64,000 bases of DNA from Antedon mediterranea (GCF_964355755.1 NC_092678.1:19919365-19983364); one strand, 5' to 3'. Shown: positions 1 through 12,933, numbered from the stretch's first letter. Translations and numbers: made by a program. Notes: a model not told the origin generated them from the letters alone.

Positions 1-155
1 GTTTGGCAGAGTGAATGGCAAGCGTGCTCACAATCCCCTTTGGCTGTCTTGATGTCATGACACACACACAGTTATCAATGAGGCACTTGTCAAACTTCAT
101 GGTATCAGTCACACAAAAATGATTGGAAATGTAATTTTATTTCAAACCTAGTTAC

Positions 156-1110
<955 letters not shown>

Positions 1111-2314
1111 AATTAAAACTGTGTAATTTCGCTAATAGTATAATAAAGTAGTCTTATATTGGTGACTATTTACAAAAAAGACCGGTACCCACGCGCGTTT
1201 ATTGTACGTTCTTAAGCTACCAAATGAGGGCGCCATCATCACATACTTTTTCTTTTATTAATATTAGTTTGATGATCTTTAATAAAAAAGATCACCTATT
1301 GTTATTGTATAAAATCTTTATTATTTCTCGTTTTTTTTTTAATTTTTTTTAAATACATCAATTATTGAATACTAGACAATTGTCAATTAAGAAATTGTCC
1401 GCCGCTTTTAGTAAAATACAAAATATATACAGTAAAACCTAAAGTATTATTGACAGATGTAGTATTTACAAGCAAAAAATGAATCCCGAAATTTATATTC
1501 CGTTTGAATGAAGAATATAACATAAGTGTTTAGGCCTACATCAAAATCTAATATTCGTTACAATATAGATTAAATGTGGTAAATAAGTCACATAGCATAG
1601 GCAATCTTCAGGAAAAACGTAGGCCTAGATAATGTTCACTGTTTACGTACCATGCCTTAGCAGACCTACCGTAAAATCGGTCAAGGAGCTATATTTTTAT
1701 AATCGAAATGATGTGTTATCCTGTGTAGTTAATTCTTAAGTCTACAGAACACACTATTTTCTTACAAACATTAACACAAGAAAATTCAACATAAAGAAAG
1801 GGGTTTGCAACGAAGAGATTACGAACAGAGAGACATTAAAAAAAAAAAAAAAAATCACAAGTAAACTTTAGAAGTAGGACATTTAAACAGAAAAACCAAT
1901 TCCCGTCTTGCTTTCCTGAAATGGGGGAAACGGTGTACTAAAGTATTATACAATTCATTTGTAGACTATATATATACAACATTATAATAATACATGTTAA
2001 TAAACCAATATAATGTTGATTTCTTTTTTACCAAGTCATGTTTCATTTCATACCTATACAATTTCTTTAGTTTGTAAACATTAATGTTTAAAAAACAAAA
2101 ATTCTTTGTGCTGCACTTGGGGTAAAGCGTATGACATTTCGGTGCGCTTTGCAAGACGTCACACAATCACCATGGATAGAAATGTAAACGTACGCACGAA
2201 ACAAAACCTCAAATGGCAACTAGCGACAGATGGCTGGTGAATAGCCCGATAAATATCGGTCGTTTTTCCAGTCTTTACAACCGTTTTCGGAAGTATTTTA
2301 ATAAATTAATTGAT

Positions 2315-5300
2315 ATGCCTATTTCTCTTTGTTGTGGAATTAAACTCCGCCTTCCCAAATGTTTACGTAGAACAAGAATAGGTAAGTTGATTACGTTACA
2401 ACATAGGCCTAGTCTGATTCTAACTTTAGGCAAGTTATCCTATCTAGGCGCACACCTATGCCTAATTTGATTATATTACAATGATCTGCGCACTTAATTA
2501 GTAACTTGTGTTGTTTTCTTTACATTTTTGGTAGGCCTATGTACACTTTAAAAAGATAAGATAAGGTTAAAAGTATTAAAACTATGGGAAAATGGCATAA
2601 TTATTGTTAAAAATAATGTATGTTTATGTAACCATAGTTACTGAACTTGTAGTGGTGCGTATAAAATGTCGCGTATGAAAGAGCATCAGCGCGGTGTTAC
2701 TAGTTGACCTCTCTCACGCCGTCACGAGATCACAAAAAGCGGTGTGACGTATGCAAAACAATGAATTGCTCTGGGGGCGTGGCCTGTATTATAATCATAA
2801 TGCTATTGGTGTAAAGTTGGGCGCTTATTTACGTCATAAGAAAAGTAAAACAAAAATCGTGATACGTCGTCGTGTGTGTTTGTTGTTGTGTGTGCGCGGC
2901 GGAGGCGTGACGCGGTCATACCGCCGGTGGTGGTCGGTCGGATCATGGATTCTTTAATCCATGGTCGGATGATCCGTGGACGTGGTATAGTTGGTACGCT
3001 TAGACCTAGGGCCTAGCTAGGCTAGGCCTAGTAGTAGAAGCAGTGTAGTAGGCCTACTGGCCAAAACCTCATATAGATAGATAGGCCTATAGTTATTGCC
3101 CAAGGTATACTATGGCTACTATGCAAACATGCCTAACTAGCTCTAGGCTAGGCCTAGGCCTAGGCTAGACCTAGTCCTAGCCTAGCTAGTAGGGCCTGGC
3201 CCTAGAGGCTACTTTAGGCTAGCCTAGAGAACTAGCCTCTAGGTAGCCTCTAGGTAGGGCCAGCAGGCTAGGCCTAGGCTAGGCCCTATCTATAGTATAG
3301 GCCTAGTTAGGCTAGCCTACCTAGCTAGGCCTATACTATAGATAGGGCCTTGCCTAGTCTAGCCTAGGCCTACAATTCTACTATCTAGTACTAGGCTAGT
3401 AGGCATAAGCATGTAGGTCTAGCTAGGCTGCCTATATAGGCCTAGGGCCTAGCTAGGCCTACCTACCCCTACTCTAGGGCTAGGCTAAAGCTAGTGTAGC
3501 TGGCTAGACTAGCTAGGGCCTGCTAGTTCCTCTAGCTAGCTAGGCTAGCCTCTAGCCAGCTACACTAGCTTAGCCTCTAGCTTTAGCCTAGGGTAGGTAG
3601 GCCTAGTTAGTATATAGGCAGCCTAGTAGAGGCCTTAGCCTAGTACTAGCTAGTAGAAGGCTAGCCTCTAGCTAGGGCTAAGCCTACTAGGCTAGACTAG
3701 CTACTAGCCTAGTATTAATTATTAGTTTAATAGTTAGTATTACGAGGCCTCTCACTAGGCGATCCTATACTAAAGCTACCCAAGACTGAGTATAAGAGCC
3801 TACCTAGCTAGGAGGCCTGGCTAGTATTTTAGGCTGGGCCCTATCTAGCCTAGTTGATATCCCTTCCCAACCAACACTCTATCTTCACACATTGCAAGGC
3901 CGTAGCGAGAGGTTAAAATCAGACGAAGCAATACTTTTAATATAAATTATATTATATAAAATATGACCTCAGCTTCTTAGTGGGGTGGGTTGTGAAATTT
4001 TCAGAGATAATTCGAGCGCCTCTTCTTCCTCATGCTAACTACGGCACTGCATTGTTCATAGTGGTATCTTTTTTTGTAGTTGTAGCAGTCTTACCAGCAG
4101 GACCCCCAGCCCCAGTAGTAGCAGCAGCAACAGGAGATGAAGAAGATGAATCCTATAGACCAATAGATGGAAGTTCAAACAATCAATCATCATCTTCACC
4201 TGCTGCAGGTAGGCCAGTCTTGCATAATAGCCTATCATTTACTATTTTCCTTAGGACACCACAGATTTGTATACAGTATAGGGTGTGCTGTTGGAATATA
4301 TTTACTTTAGAATTAAAGATTAATTTGAAAAACTTTTATCACAGTCAAGTCACTCACTCCTGGCCTGAATGACTTATTACAACTAACAAGCGCAAAACAT
4401 CTGCGATTGACACTAAAACTAGACACGTCCACCACCTGCCAGACATCGCAACTTGCAGTCAAGAGCACCAATGACGAAGATGTACAACTCAAAAAGCGTG
4501 CAGCTACATTTGTGCAAGATATCCTAGCCACTGCAGTTGCAAAATGCCAAGCCATAGAACAAGACGAGAACAACACTGACCGTAAGAACATACACTACCA
4601 TCATGCCTAAAAGTAGTTCAAGCCATCAAAGGTGGAGCATGTGTACCTAAAGCCAACCTCTCCCCAACACCCAACCCAGTCCACCTCGTTAAATAAACCA
4701 ATCTGGAATTTGATGATGAATAATGGTTATTTGAATTTTTTTTAAATAAAGTTTTTTTTTTATCTTAATCATTATTAAAAGAATTGTATAATAATTGATT
4801 ATAATTGTTGACATATCAAAATAATTGTAATAATATCTTTATAGACAAGGCAACTATAGCACAGCAGCCAGCTGAAACCTCCACCTCTGATGAGGATGTC
4901 GAGCTTGACAATCTGGCAACAAGTCTTGTGGAAGAAACTTTGTCAATAGTAATGGCAGAACAACTGGCCACTGTTCATAACAATGAAGCACATCACCCAA
5001 CTGCAGGTAGGCCAGTCTTGCATAATAGCTTATCATTTAATATTTTCTTTAGGACATCACACATGATTTGTTTTAGTGTATATTAGTATGCTGTTGGAAT
5101 ATATTACTTTCTAATTAAAGTTTAATTTGAAAAAACTTTTATCACAGTCAACTCACTCACTCCTGACCTGAATGACTCATTACAACTAACAAGCGCAAAA
5201 CATCTGCGATCGACACAAAAACTAGACACGTCCACCTGCCAGACATCGCAACTTGCAGTGAAGAGCATCAATGACGAAGATATGCAAGTCAAACAGCGTG

Positions 5301-8300
5301 CAGCTACCTTTGTGCAAGATGTCCTAGCCACTGCAGTTGCAAAATGCCAAGCCATAGAACAAGACGAGAACAACACTGACCGTAAGAACATACACTACCA
5401 TCATGCCTAAGCCAATTGAAAGGCCTACCACTAGCATAAATAGATATCGAAAAGTAATTCAAGCCATCAAATGTGGAGCATGTGTACCTAAAGACAACCT
5501 CTCTCCAACACCCACCCCAGTCCACCTCGTTAAATAAACCAATCAATCTCTCATCTTTTTTTTATAATTGATTAAATTCTCTTTCACATTTATATTTAGA
5601 TTTGTTCTTAGAATTGAAGGACAAAATATATAGCTCATGTTTTTCTGTTTTCTTTTCGTCTCTTAATTTAATTTTCTTGTTTTGTTTTTAGATAAACAAT
5701 TTGATGATGAATAACGGTTATTTAAATTTTTTTTAAATAAAGTCATTTTTTTTTATCTTAATCATAAAAGAATTGTATAATAATTGATTATAATTTTAGA
5801 CATATCAAAATAATTGTAATAATATCTCTATAGACAAGGCAACTGAAGCACAGCAGCCAGCTGAAACCTCCACCTCTGATGAGGATGTCGAGCTTGACAA
5901 TCTGGCAACAAGTCTTGTGGAAGAAACTTTGTCAATAGTAATGGCAGAACAACTGGCCACTGTTCATAACAATGAAGCACATCATCCAACTGCAGGTAGG
6001 CCAGCCTTGCATAATAGCTTATCATCTAATATTTTCTTTAGGACATCCCACATGATTTGTTTTAGTGTATATTGGTATGCTGTTGGAATATCTTTATAAT
6101 TAAAGTTTAATTTGAAAAAACTTTTATCACAGTCAACTCACTCACTCCTGGCCTGAATGACTCATTACAACTAACAAGCGCAAAACATCTGCGATCGACA
6201 CAAAAACTAGACACGTCCACCTGCCAGACATCGCAACTTGCAGTCAAGAGCATCAACGACGAAGATATACAAGTCAAACAGCGTGCAGCTACATTTGTAC
6301 AAGATGTCCTAGCCACTGCAGTTGCAAAATGCCAAGCCATAGAACAAGACAAGAACAACACTGACCGTAAGAACATACACTACCATCATGCCTAAGTCAA
6401 TTGATAGGCCTACCACTAGCATAAATAGATATCGAAAAGTAGTTCAAGCCATCAAAGGTGGAGTATGTGTACCTAAAGCCAACCTCTCCCCAACACCCAC
6501 CACAGTCCACCTCGTTAAATAAACCAATCAATCTCTCATCTTTTTTTTATAATTGATTAAATTCTTGTTCACATTTATATTTAGATTTCTTCTCAGAATT
6601 GAAGGACAAAATATATAGCTCATGTTTTTCTGTTTCCTTTTCATCTCTTAATTTAATTTTCTTGTTTTGTTTTTAGATAAAGAATTTGATGATGAATAGC
6701 GGTTAATTAAATTTTTTTTAAATAAAGTCATTGTTGTTTTATCTTAATCATAAAAGAATTGTATAATAATTGATTATAATTTTTGACATATCAAAATAAT
6801 TGTAATAATATCTCTATAGACAAGGCAACTGAAGCACAGCAGCCAGCTGAAACCTCCACCTCTGATGAGGATGTCGAACTTGACAATCTGGCAACAAGTC
6901 TTGTGGAAGAAACTTTTTCAATAGTAATGGCAGAACAACTGGCTACTGTTCATAACAATGAAACACATCATCCAACTGCAGGTAGGCCAGTCTTGCATAA
7001 TAGCTTATCATTTAATATTTTCTTTAGGACATCCCACATGATTTGTTTAAGTGTATATTAGTATGCTGTTGGAATATATTACTTTAGAATTAAAGTTTAA
7101 TTTGAAAAAACTTTTATCACAGTCAACTCACTCACTCCTGGCCTGAATGACTCATTACAACTAACAAGCGCAAAACATCTGCGATCGACACAAAAACTAG
7201 ACACGTCCACCTGCCAGACATCGCAACTTGCAGTGAAGAGCATCAATGACGAAGATATGCAAGTCAAACAGCGTGCAGCTACCTTTGTGCAAGATGTCCT
7301 AGCCACTGCAGTTGCAAAATGCCAAGCCATAGAACAAGACGAGAACAAGACTGACCGTAAGAACATACACTACCATCATGCCTAAGCCAATTGAAAGGCC
7401 TACCACTAGCATAAATAGATATCGAATAGTAGTTCAAGCCATCAAAGGTGGAGCATGTGTACCTAAAGCCAACCTCTCCCCAACACCCACCCCAGTCCAC
7501 CTCGTTAAATAAACCAATCAATCTCTCATCTTTTTTTTATAATTGGTTAAATTCTCTTTCACATTTATATTTAGATTTGTTCTCAGAATTGAAGGACAAA
7601 ATATATAGCTCATGTTTTTCTGTTTTCTTTTCGTCTCTTAATTTAATTTTCTTGTTTTGTTTTTAGATAAACAATTTGATGATGAATAACGGTTATTAAA
7701 ATATTTTTTTAATAAAGTCATTTTTTTTTATCTTAATCATAAAAGAAATGTATAATAATTGATTATAATTTTAGACATATCAAAATAATTGTAATAATAT
7801 CTTTATAGACAAGGCAACTGAAGCACAGCAGCCAGCTGAAACCTCCACCTCTGATGAGGATGTCGAGCTTGACAATCTGGCAACAAGTCTTGTGGAAGAA
7901 ACTTTGTCAATAGTAATGGCAGAACAACTGGCCACTGTTCATAACAATGAAGCACATCATCCAACTGCAGGTAGGCCAGCCTTGCATAATAGCTTATCAT
8001 CTAATATTTTCTTTAGGACATCCCACATGATTTGTTTTAGTGTATATTGGTATGCTGTTGGAATATATTACTTTATAATTAAAGTTTAATTTGAAAAAAC
8101 TTTTATCACAGTCAACTCACTCACTCCTGACCTGAATGACTCATTACAACTAACAAGCGCAAAACATCTGCGATCGACACAAAAACTAGACACGTCCACC
8201 TGCCAGACATCGCAACTTGCAGTGAAGAGCATCAATGACGAAGATATGCAAGTCAACCAGCGTGCAGCTACCTTTGTGCAAGATGTCCTAGCCACTGCAG

Positions 8301-11300
8301 TTGCAAAATGCCAAGCCATAGAACAAGACGAGAACAACACTGACCGTAAGAACATACACTACCATCATGCCTAAGTCAATTGATAGGCCTACCACTAGCA
8401 TAAATAGATATCGAAAAGTAGTTCAAGCCATCAAAGGTGGAGCATGTGTACCTAAAGCCAACCTCTCCCCAACACCCACCCCAATCCACCTCGTTAAATA
8501 AACCAATCAATCTCTCATCTTTTTTTTATAATTGGTTAAATTCTCTTTCACATTTATATTTAGATTTGTTCTCAGAATTAAAGGACAAAATATATAGCTC
8601 ATATTTTTCTGTTTCCTTTTCATCTCTTAATTTAATTTTCTCTTTTTGTTTTTAGATAAAGAATTTGATTATGAATAATGGTTATTTAAATTTTTTTAAA
8701 TTAAAGTCATTTTTTTTATCTTAATCATAAAAGAATTGTATAATAATTGATTATAATTTTTGACATATCAAAATAATTGTAATAATATCTCTATAGACAA
8801 GGCAACTGAAGCACAGCAGCCAGCTGAAACCTCCACCTCTGATGAGGATGTCGAGCTTGACAATCTGGCAACAAGTCTTGTGGAAGAAACTTTGTCAATA
8901 GTAATGGCAGAACATCTGGCCACTGTTCATAACAATGAAGCACATCATCCAACTACAGGTAGGCCAGCCTTGCATATTAGCTTATCATTTAATATTTTCT
9001 TTAGGGCATCCCACATGATTTGTTTTAGTGTATATTAGTATGCTGTTGGAATATATTACTTTATAATTAAAGTTTAATTTGAAAAAACTTTTATCACAGT
9101 CAACTCACTCACTCCTGGCCTGAATGACTCATTACAACTAACAAGCGCAAAACATCTGCGATCGACACTAAAACTAGACACGTCCACTTGCCAGACATCA
9201 CAACTTGCAGTCATGAGCACCATTGATGAAGATGTGCATCTCAAACAGCAGGCAGCTACCTTTGTACAAGATGTCCTATCAACTGAAGTTGCAAAATGTC
9301 AAGACGAGAACAACACTGACCGTAAGAACATACACTATCATCAATTGATAACATACAGTATTTATTTGTAGATATCTAAAAGAAGTTTTAAGCTGTCAAA
9401 AAGGAGTGCGTGTACCTGTAGCCAATCTCTCTCCCAACACCCACCCAGTTAAATAGACCAATCAATCTTTCATCTTTTGTTTTTTTAAACAGATTCTTGT
9501 TTACATTTGTTCATTCTCATTTTTAAAGGAGACAGTATATTAAGCTCATCTTTTTCTGTTTTCTTTTCATCTCTTAATTTCCTTTTCATGCTTTGTTTTT
9601 CGACGAAAAATGTTATGATGAATAAAGAAAATTTGAATAAAAAAAAGATAAATATTCATGATTTGTTGTTATAATTGTTATTATTATTGTATAATTTTTA
9701 GAATATTAATTAAATAGTAATAATTATCAAACAAATTTCTCTATAGACAAGGCAACTGAAGCCCAGCAGAATACTGCAGCAGAGCAGACAACTGCAGAAA
9801 AGCAAACAACTGCAGCCTCCATCTCTGAGGAGGATGAGGAGCTCGACAAGCTTTCAAATTCTGTTGTTCAAGATGTTTTGTCGAAGGTCGCAGAAAATCT
9901 TGCCACCGCCAACCTGCTAACTGAAAAACAGCAGCCACCTGAATCAGCCTACACGGATACAGTAGAGAAAGATCAGAGGAAAGGTACAATATGACTTTTC
10001 ATTCATATGAATTTTCATTTAAGCTTAACCAATCATTTCCATACTGTTATATTTTTTAACAATTTGAAATCTATATTGTAACATATCAGTAACTGAATTT
10101 GCTTTTACCCTGCGCTAGATCTCACAACCGATACTTGCACAGAATACGGAGACCCTTTCTTCGGAATCAAAGGAGATACTGCTATGGCAGGTGGACAATT
10201 TGTAAGTAACTCATAGACCTCACAAAAACAGGTACACAACAAGCAGTGGCATGAGCCTATTTCAATGTACTTAATTTACTGAATGTGAAAAGAGTGAAAA
10301 AATAATTCGGCTTCCCAAAAATAATTTAAAAATAAAGAAGATCTAGGCTATCAAACAACAGGACACTGACCATCCTTGTACATAAAACGTTTTGTGCGGA
10401 TGCGATATGATTATGCCCCACCCCACAACATTTCATTAGAGTCTATGTGACTGGTAGTACCAAAACGGTACCATCCATAATCCGTATTATTTTTTTAAAA
10501 TTTTTACTATGTTTGAATTTTTTATAGGCATCAGATTGCAAAAGCATCCAGGAACAGAATGATGAAATGGATGAAGCATTTTATAAGTATGGAGTGGAAA
10601 GTGATTATGACTGGATAGACATGGGACCTTCAGACCCAAGCGATGAAGAACCAGATGCCTGGGTGAGGCAGAGAGCTATCGCCCAGAGATTAGCAGCCAA
10701 GGCTGCGAGGAGATCTTTGAATATTAACCCTGGTAAGCCAACTGAAGCCTCCATCTGTGATGATGATGAGGAGCTGAACAATCATCCAACTACAGGTAGG
10801 TCAGCCTTTCATAATAGCTTATCATTTAATATTTTCTTTAGGACATCCCACATGATTTGTTTTATTGTATATTAGTATGCTGTTGGAATATATTACTTTA
10901 TAATTAAAGTTTAATTTGAAAAAACTTTTATCACAGTCAACTCACTCACTCCTGGCCTGAATGACTCATTACAACTAACAAGCGCAAAACATCTGCGATC
11001 GACACTAAAACTAGACACGTCCACCTGCCAGACATCACAACTTGCAGTCATGTTCACCAATGATGAAGATGTGCATCTCAAACAGCAAGCAGCTACCTTT
11101 GTACAAAATGTCCTATCAACTGCAGTTGCAAAATGTCAATACGAGAACAACACTGACCGTAAGAACATACACTATCATCAATTGGTAACATACAATATTT
11201 ATTTGTAGATATCTAAAAGAAGTTTTAAGCTGTAAAAAAGGAGTGTGTGTACCTGTAGCCAATCTCTCTCCCAACACCCACCCAGTTAAATAGACCAATC

Positions 11301-12817
11301 AATTTTTCATCTTTTGTTTTTTTAAACAGATTCTTGTTTACATTTGTTCATTGTAATTTTTAAAGGAGACAGTATATTAAGCTCATCTTTTTCTGTTTTC
11401 TTTTCATCTCTTAATTTCCTTTTCATGCTTTGTTTTTCGACGAAAAATGTTATGATGAATAAAGAACATTTGAATAAAAAAAAGATAAATATTCATGATT
11501 TGTTGTTATAATTGTTATTATTATTGTATAATGTTTAAAATATTAATTAATTGTAATAATTATCAAACAAATTTCTCTATAGACAAGGCAACTGAAGCCC
11601 AGCAGAATACTGCAGCACAGCAGACTACTGCAGAAAAACAAACAACTGCAGCCTCCATCTCTGAGGAGGATGAGGAGCTCGACAAGCTTTCAAATTCTGT
11701 TGTTCAAGATGTTTTGTCAAAGGTCGCAGAAAATCTTGCCACCGCCAACCTGCTAACTGAAGAACAGCAGCCACCTGAATCAGCCAACACGGATACAGTA
11801 GAGAAAGATCAGAGGAAAGGTACAATATGACTTTTCATTCATATGAATTTTCATTTAAGCCTTAACCAATCATTTCCTATACTGTTATTTTTTTTAACAA
11901 TTTGAAATCTATATTATAACATATCAGTAACTGAATTTCCTTTTACCCTGCCCTAGATCTCACAACCGATATTTGCACAGAATACGGAGACCCTTTCTTC
12001 GGAATCAAAGGAGATACTGCTATGGCAGGTGGACAATTTGTAAGTAACTCATAGACCTCACAAAAACAGGTACACAACAAGCAGTGGCATGAGCCTATTT
12101 CAATGAATGTGAAAAGAGTGAAAAAATATTTCGGCTTCCCAAAAATAATTTAAAAATAAAGAAGATCTAGGCTATCAAACAACAGGACAATGACCATCCT
12201 TGTACATAAAACGTTTTGTGCGGATGCGATATGATTATGCCCCACCCCACAACATTTCATTAGAGTCTATGTGACTGGTAGTACCAAAACGGTACCATCC
12301 ATAATCCATATTATTTTTTTTAAGTTTTTACTATGTTTGAATTTTTTATAGGCATCAGATTGCAAAAGCATCCAGGAACAGAATGACGAAATGGATGAAG
12401 CATTTTATAAGTATGGAGTGGAAAGTGACTATGACTGGATAGACATGGGACCTACAGACCCAAGCGACGAAGAACCAGATGCCTGGGTGAGGCAGAGAGC
12501 TATCGCCCAAAGATTAGCAGCTAAGGCTGCTATGAAATCATCGAATATTAACCCTGGTAAGTTTATTTTTATTTTTAAAAGCTGATTTGTTTGTCTACGC
12601 TTTACAAATTCTTCCCTATTAGTAGGGCCTCATGAGTACTAAAAATATTCATTCATTTTAATGTTTAGACCAACACGAGCTACAAGACGTCGACAATGAT
12701 GAGGAAACAAATTGCCGACCAATAGTAGTTGACATGACATCACTGGCTGACATGACAGCAGATGATGATCCAAACTTAACCTATCATGATGCTACGATAG
12801 ACCAATACAATTACTGA
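2315..12817 (+). CDS. Copy 1: multi-exon acidic repeat protein (~1294 aa predicted), putative lipid-anchored multivalent AKAP-like scaffold with 14 helix exons
   Basis: Exons: ex1 2315-2381, ex2 4080-4208, B 4345-4581, A 4845-5006, then four further B/A pairs at ~990 bp period, B' ~9100, C 9747-9983, D 10119-10201, E+ 10528-10795, B', C, D, E, F 12669-12817 (TGA). All junctions are GT-AG, the phases are compatible (1-1; D 1-0; E 0-1) and the summed length 3885 nt is divisible by 3. AATAAA at 12928. Function inferred from motifs. Confidence 0.8.
2650..2990. promoter_or_regulatory. CpG-rich motif cluster in intron 1 (TGACG half-sites, TTACGTCA, GGGGCGTGGC GC-box), repeated in each copy
   Basis: Local CpG enrichment in AT-rich DNA, with Sp/KLF-like and CRE-like motifs kept in all five copies. 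Confidence 0.4.
2995..3855. repeat. CTAG/AGGCCT/TAG-rich low-complexity palindromic tract in intron 1 (also ~17455-18115, ~29570-30170, ~43695-44335, ~55310-55962)
   Basis: Dense ctag, taggccta and gctagc words. Perfect 26 bp inverted repeat at 3281-3306/3325-3350. Confidence 0.9.
3895..4049. mobile_element. ~155 bp MITE-like element in intron 1 (also 18167-18322, 30212-30367, 44379-44534, 56011-56166)
   Basis: Terminal inverted repeats caaggccgtag ... ctacggccctg (10/11 match in copies 2-5), flanked by the direct repeat CATTG on both sides. No coding capacity. Confidence 0.6.
4345..9320 (+). repeat. Internal ~990 bp tandem module (exon A 162 nt + intron + exon B 234 nt + intron). Equivalent blocks at ~18610-23580, ~30650-35635, ~44820-47790, ~56455-61390
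   Basis: acaaggcaactgaagcacagcagcc recurs at ~4845 (variant), 5834, 6820, 7809 and 8797, and likewise in the other copies. Confidence 0.97.
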
Positions 12818-12927
12818 ATACTTTAATCATATTTACAATGGACTAATTATAATCATTTCAATATTAATTTTACGATAAAGATACATTATTTGATATGTTT
12901 GTTTTATGAAATTTACAGTTGTGCAAT

Positions 12928-12933
12928 AATAAA
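12928..12933 (+). terminator. Probable polyadenylation signal AATAAA of copy 1 (conserved after each complete copy)
   Basis: gtgcaatAATAAAtg ~110 nt after the stop, followed by a T/GT-rich tract. Confidence 0.5.

Noticed and set aside
2628-2641. GTAACCATAGTTAC palindrome resembling an RFX X-box (ciliary gene control)
   Set aside because: Both half-sites deviate from the GTTGCCATGGCAAC-type consensus, and copies 2-5 have an extra mismatch.
3980-4079. Hydrophobic 'MGWVVKF...ALFIVVSFFVVV' ORF start resembling a signal peptide or TM segment
   Set aside because: It starts at GTG inside the MITE, and the hydrophobic residues come from the polypyrimidine tract before the exon 2 acceptor, so it is intronic.
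5600-5638. Possible extra micro-exon DLFSELKDKIYSS after tatttag
   Set aside because: The donor (tcat|gttttt) is weak, is lost in one copy (~8602), and the acceptor is deleted at ~59645.
4313-8355. Recurrent minus-strand ORFs (MFLRSVLFSS..., MISYYARLAYLQL...)
   Set aside because: They are antisense shadows of exons B and A. Splice signals and phase consistency support only the + strand.
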